Part shown: positions 58,260 to 64,000 of the stretch, piece by piece
Layout: each line of letters begins with the position of its first letter
Position numbering within the stretch: position 1 is the stretch's first letter
Source: Octopus vulgaris
Taxonomy: Eukaryota
Assembly: GCA_951406725.2 (NCBI GenBank)
Contig: OX597820.1
Location: 120,404,001-120,468,000, forward strand
Reading direction: 5' to 3'
Length of the DNA: 64,000 bases
Translations under genes and position numbers: made by a program
The notes under the pieces: generated by a model
Told to the model about the DNA's origin: nothing
Database searches by the model: none
Seen by the model: the letters and a program-made list of their open reading frames with translations, nothing else

Positions 58260-58777
58260 TATAATTATACGTAATCAGTTTATTATTACCGTAGGCTTGC
58301 GACATATATCAGTGTTATTTACAGAAGTTTCCACTTAGTAGTTATTTCTCATAATAATCTAATTTCAAACACGAATTTGTGTTTGATGTAAAACTTTAAG
58401 TATTAATATTCTAATTATCTTTCCAATTCTTCAGTCGATTGAATTTTCCCCTTCATTCCCTTCAAACACTTTCAGACATGCTTTAGTGAAATGAGAAATT
58501 ATTCTTCCTGTTTGTTTCTTGTTTTCTTTTTAAACTTCTATGATATTAGATTAATCGACATCAATTTCGATATGTAAGGAAGCACTTTGCGATAACTGTT
58601 TCGCCTGCTTTTTTGGTTTTAATGTAAATGAGAGAAAGTAACTGGTTTTTAATATTTTAAGACTTACATAACGGTGGAAAAGGATTTGTCTTATATCCCT
58701 TCAGATCGAGAATATAAATACTAATAATACCAGTCATTATATACTATACATGATCATGAGCAGTTGGAAAAATATCT

Positions 58778-59071
58778 GGATCTTTTCGATTTGAACCGCA
58801 GTTTTTAACATAATTTCTAGGTAACTAAAAATTTTTAAACTTCGTATACTGGTAGAATGTGTTTATAAAACATCTTTTTTTCTTGGCTTTATTGAAAAAA
58901 TTCTATAGTTTGTAAGATATCTCTTGTTTTTTTTTCTTCAATATCTGCAATTTCAACCAATCAGTGACGTCTATAAAGTTAAAAAGCATTCTGTGCCGTA
59001 TGAATATATCCCTCGTTTAAGAAACAGATTGGGTTTATTTACATTTGTGAAGAAAAAAAAAAGATACCCTT
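58778..59071 (-). mobile_element. MITE 3' part (family of 31864-32276)
   Basis: One TIR plus reverse complement of the interior. Confidence 0.85.
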
Positions 59072-59261
59072 CAGACTTGGAATTCCCCATTCGTTAAATA
59101 GTTTCGCTACAGCTCCTTCATATATCACCATGGCAAGAGAGGGTAAATGCGAGATAACCAATCCCCGCTAATCACGTGCCGCTTGTAGTACGGATAATTA
59201 TTGTTTGTCTCCAAAACAACTGATTGTTACATATTTCCTTCTCCAGCTGTAGAGAAATTAT

Positions 59262-59337
59262 GCGCTTTCAGCCCTTTGAGTCTGACGAGTTGCCTATACT
59301 GATAAGCGTTTTATAGGTGCGAAACCAATAGTCACTC
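59262..59337 (+). ncRNA. Canonical type I hammerhead ribozyme with a predicted loop-II pseudoknot
   Basis: GAGT-CTGACGA-GTTGCCTATA-CTGATAAGCGTTT-TATAGGTGC-GAAAC-CAATA-GTC|ACTC; upstream GCGCTTTCAG is complementary to loop II. Confidence 0.75.
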
Positions 59338-59607
59338 CATGACCGACTATAGCTTTTAAGTTATTAAGAACAATATTACTTGGAATATGCTTCTATTTCG
59401 AATATATGAACAATAAGCGATACATATAAATATATGCACATACACAACTTTACATGTATACATATGCAAATTAAAAGCACTTATTTCCTGGAGCTAATAA
59501 ATTTGTTTAAGAAATTTGTTTAATAGATTGGCTATTTGTCTGGGACTAGTCAAATGATCTATATACCCCTGATGAGACGCTAATACGGGTTGTGAATAGA
59601 TTAAGTT

Positions 59608-59904
59608 GCTTTGTTTGTTTGTTCCTTCTCGAGCCATGCCTATCTCATAAGTGCCGGTTTTCCGGTATTTTGGCGTATAGGTTCCCCAACTGGACGGGAC
59701 GCCGGTCCGTCGCACGTGAGCTGCTAGATGCAAAGAAAGTTGTGGCGAAAGAGTCAGCAGAAGTTCGCTATTACCTTCTGTCAGAGCCGCGTTGAGCTTA
59801 GGTGTTTTCGCTCATAAACACACACATCGCCCGGTCTGAGATTCGAACCTGCGATCCCTCGACCGCCAGTCAGCTGCTCTAACCACTAGGCCATGTGCCT
59901 CCAC
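59608..59904 (-). mobile_element. SINE family C with TSD
   Basis: Flanked by AATAGATTAAGT direct repeats. Confidence 0.9.
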
Positions 59905-60734
59905 AATAGATTAAGTGTTCCTCTATTCCTTTAATGGCAGAGAAATAGGTAAATCTGCCGTGTTTGTAGTGATCCCATAGGTTTTTCTCTATATGAGATT
60001 CCCTTATGTATGAATGTGAATATGCACGCTCCAAATACATGTCTTTAAGAACGAATAGATTTCTCAATTCTACTGATATCATAGATGGAAAATGGATTAA
60101 GGGAATTCTGCACGAATAGCATAGCAATATTGAAGATAAATTTGTAAATATGTCTAATAGTGCCTTTAGCTGCATCGACATTATCATCAACAAAATTATC
60201 GTATATTATAAGCAATACCCATCTCGTTGTCTAGGCTACAAGAATGACTGTAATATATTTTCAGCAATAACATCAAATTTGTAGTAGCGTATAATTTCTC
60301 TGGCAGTTTTTATTACGAAATTCTTGACGAAACAACTTCTCGGACCTTTCGCGGAAATTATTTATGTATACTGTATATTTCATTACTATTTATAACATGC
60401 CTCGTTTCATTCGTTTGTCTTTACTTTCCCGTTAAATCTTTAATATCCTCTCTTTAGTGAATTATTCTCTTGTTAGTTTATTCGAAAACTACACTGCTCA
60501 ACCAGTTTCAGTCGCGACGTTATACCAGCCAGTATCACTCCACCGGCTCTTCGAGACAACTGATGGTTACGAAGCACAGTATGCTCAGAACAAAGGCCAT
60601 ATTCATGCAAAAGAACAGGTTCCGCTAAATGTGGATGGGTTAAACCTCCCATATACGTACATAAATACCTGCATGCATTCATATATACATATGCATGTCT
60701 AAATATATACGTATATATATATATACATAACGGG

Positions 60735-60998
60735 CTGCTTGTTGTGTTCTCGAGCAAGGCACTTTATTTCACGTTGCTCCAGTTCACTCAGTTGTAGAAA
60801 TGAGTTGCGACGTCACGGGTGCCAAGCTGTATCGGCCCTTGCCTTTCCCTTGGATAGCACTGGTGGGGTGGAGAGGGGAGGCTGGTATGCATGGGCGACT
60901 GCTGGTCTTCCATAAACAACCTTGCTCGGACTTGTGTCTAGGAGGGTAACTTTCTAGGTGCAATCCCATGGTCATTCATGACCGAAGGGGGTCTTTAC

Positions 60999-61001
<3 letters not shown>
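60735..61001 (+). mobile_element. SINE related to family D (5'-truncated, different 3' body)
   Basis: Shared core CACTTTATTTCACGTTGCTCCAGTTCACTCAG. Confidence 0.6.
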
Positions 61002-61051
<50 letters not shown>

Positions 61052-61054
<3 letters not shown>

Positions 61055-61192
61055 CGGGATGGTTTCCGAAAATAAACAAAAGACGAAGGCAGGTGGAGTA
61101 CAAACAAACAAATGTATTAGTATGCCGCTCAGGAATAGAAATAGAACAAGTCCTTTACGTTTCTAGCCTACGCTCTTCGACAGAAAGATACA
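61052..61192 (-). mobile_element. PLE-type terminal repeat copy with a minimal hammerhead-like motif (61151-61188)
   Basis: Reverse complement TCTTT-CTGTCGA-A-GAGC-GTAG-GCTA-GAAAC-GTA|AAGGA. Confidence 0.6.
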
Positions 61193-61694
61193 TATAACGT
61201 TAAGGCAATGCAGACATCTTAAGTGACATACATTATCATTATTGGACAAAATTCAAAGTTTTGCACCTGTTTCTGGGATATCGCTGAGTATTGGATATTC
61301 CGTCATCAAAGACAAATAGGGAAAAGTAGAGAAAATGTGGTACACCTCTCTTAATAGATGTTGTATACAACATAGTATTATCTTGGTAATCAACGTGAAA
61401 AAACGCAATAGCATGCAGTTTTAGTTCCTCTCTTAATCTTTCCGAAATCTGGGTCCAGATGATATGCGGATATGTCTCTCCAGTCCTTCTGTGTTTAGAG
61501 CAGTAGCGATGAAAGCCCAGTCTATTCAATCTACATTTGTAACAAATGGGAAATGCTTAAACAATTATTAGCTTTAAGTTGCTAGTATTCCTTTTTAATT
61601 GTTACTCTTTTTTATATGTATTTAAACGTTTTGGTAATTGAGAAAATTGTAATAATCACAAATTGATATTCCTGAATTTTATTTAAGTTAAGTC

Positions 61695-62075
61695 AAGTAA
61701 GCAAATACAATCATTCACCAACAGATGCTTGCGTAGTATACTTAAAATTAGATGGCCCGAACACATAAGCAATATGGAGCTATGGCAAAGAACAAATGAG
61801 GTTTCGATTAGGGATCAAATATTTAAGAAAAAGTGGAAGTGGATTGGTAGCACAATTAGAAAAGACACACCAAATGTAGCGGAAAGTGCTTTAAAGTGGA
61901 AAACGGATGGATATAGAAGGAGAGGCAGGCCTAAGAACTCGTGGCGGAGATCAACACAAGTGAAATTAGAGAAAGGGGGACATTCATGGCAGAATATAAG
62001 TACAGAAGCCAAAAATTATGCGACGTGGACTTCAATTATAAGTGGCCTATACTCTGTGTTGGAGGGTTAGATGCA
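61695..62075 (+). mobile_element. RTE-clade LINE 3' fragment
   Basis: NRCLRSILKIRWPEHISNMELW...WKWIG...ALKWKTDGYRRRGRPKNSWRR. Confidence 0.85.
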
Positions 62076-62296
62076 TAAAGAAGACATACTTTCTACCGTT
62101 TACCGAGCTAAGATATTTGCTTCCCAAGAATCCTTACATAATATAATCATTGTGAACATTACAGCTGTGGAAACTTTTATCTCATTAAAGTAGTTTAGTA
62201 TAACTTAATAGGCAAACAGTCATTGTTAATATTATCATCGGGTGCAATACAAGTGAGTTATTGTGTTTTAGTTAAGGCTTGACTAGTTATGGTTTT

Positions 62297-62725
62297 GGAT
62301 CTTTTTGGTTTGAACGGCAGTTTTTTCTAGCGGCGTCATATGAAATTGTTACCCATAATTATGACCCTAGAATCGATCTATTGCATTTCAATCTCTTTTA
62401 GGGCTAGGTTTAGGGTTAGGGTTAGGGGTGGGGGAAGAGTATCTGTTTTTCTTCACAAATGTAAATAAACCCAATCTGTTTCTTAAACGAGGGATATATT
62501 CATACGGCACGGAATGCTTTTTAACTTAATAGACGTCACTGATTGGTTGAAATTGCAGAAATTGAAGAAAAAAAAAAAACAAATATCTTACAAACTATAG
62601 AATTTTCTCAATAAAGCCAAGAGAAAAAGATGTTTTATAAACACATTCTACCAGTATACGAAGTTTAAAATGTTTTAGTTACCTAGAAATTATGTTAAAA
62701 ACTGCCGTTCAAACCGAAAAGATCC
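62297..62725 (+). mobile_element. MITE, complete, with a perfect 8-bp TSD
   Basis: Both TIRs present; ATGGTTTT at 62289-62296 and 62726-62733; internal TTAGGG repeats. Confidence 0.92.
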
Positions 62726-63671
62726 ATGGTTTTAATATTATATTGATGGAATCGCTAACGGTAAGCAGAGAAATCATGTAAAGCGCTGTTGGACTGGGAC
62801 ATGATGGTGATGCGACGGGGATTTGGGTTTCAGTTTGAATATTACGATAGCTTTTCAACGTCAGCAGTTTAAAGTAACCAAATACTTTTTAATTATTATT
62901 TGCTCTCACTTTAAATACCTATTTCGTGTTGGGTATATCGAATCAACAAACGGTATTACATCTCACTGTTACTCTCGAATAACTTAGCACAGAAGTTTTG
63001 TCTATATTCTAAATATAAATCCTTTTAAAGTATTTCTTAAAACTGAAGATAATCGGCTTATATTCAAAACAAAATATTTTCAAAACAGAATTAATGAAAT
63101 ACATTAAAGCTGATTCTGAAAAAAATGCAACAATTGTGTCCAACTTACTTAAAATTCGTGCAATATGTAAAATTAATATCACTCTTCTTGTCTTCCATCT
63201 TAGAAAATATATTTGCACAAACTCTGTTTAAAAGACTTGGGTACAAAATTGCGTTCAACATTTGTTGAGAGACAGTGGAATAGTAAGACAATATCTATTA
63301 TAATCATATTGGAGGTTTTACTCAGCTGAAATTGTAATACCATATATCATAGGAACAACGATGAAAGTATTTATATTGTCAATGGTCGGTGTGTATAATT
63401 TTAGAGTAGCAAATGAACTTCGAGTTTTACAGCAAACAGTTATCCGTGTAATTTATTGCATATTCTCCTCGGCATATGTTACATCATTAACTAATGAAGC
63501 AATTAATAATTGTTACGCAGTGGAATGATGAGATACTAATCGCATTTTTTACTGTGTTTTTCTTTCTTTCTTTTACGCTGCGAAATATTAATTTAGATTC
63601 ATGTCTCAAACCGATAGAGAGGAGCAGAAGGTTGCGTAAAGGAGTGGGAAATGAATACGGCAATGAAAGTA

Positions 63672-63719
<48 letters not shown>

Positions 63720-64000
63720 TCATAACGTGTTGAACTATGGGGCAGATAGAATTGGGAATCCTTACTAACACAGGAGTTGTCAAGATATTCCGTGTAAACA
63801 AGTGGATGAATACAAGCGCTGATGAAGGTCAACTAAAACGACTTCTGGAGTTGGGTGATTTTAAAATATTGCTCATTATCTAATCAATCACTTCGAAACC
63901 TATCAATATTTCTCATTGAAACATTGGTTTTCATATAATTAATATTTATGCAGCTTTCATACTACTTTCGTTCACTTACTCCATATAACTTACATTTTAT

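Noticed and set aside
59568-59607. Second hammerhead (CTGATGA GAC...GTT) near the 59262 ribozyme
   Set aside because: No GAAA after stem II and no stem III or NUH site, even after removing the adjacent SINE
63815-63850. CTGATGAAGG...AAAACG PLE-like hammerhead
   Set aside because: G12 missing and no stem I complement

Overview
AT-rich, repeat-dominated animal genomic DNA. The SINE families and extreme microsatellite load look like an octopus/coleoid genome; this is recognition from memory, not a database result. No intact protein-coding gene can be supported, and nearly all listed ORFs are microsatellite or SINE read-through. The window holds about 25 copies of four tRNA-derived SINE families; decayed LINEs (a 2.7 kb RTE, CR1-like, Tx1/L1-like and R4/NeSL-type pieces); Penelope-like element (PLE) RT and GIY-YIG remnants; non-autonomous Helitrons; mariner remnants; and a MITE with 8-bp TSDs carrying TTAGGG repeats. 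The most notable layer is non-coding. There is a stand-alone canonical type I hammerhead ribozyme with a predicted loop-II pseudoknot (59262-59337). A 3.3 kb fold-back with ~1.3 kb arms has a hammerhead at each outer end (14467-17758). Next to it is a 300-bp palindrome with G3-C8 variant hammerheads. A 'fold-back + 3' tail inside (TA)n' insertion architecture recurs four times. All folds were done by eye and need computational and biochemical confirmation.
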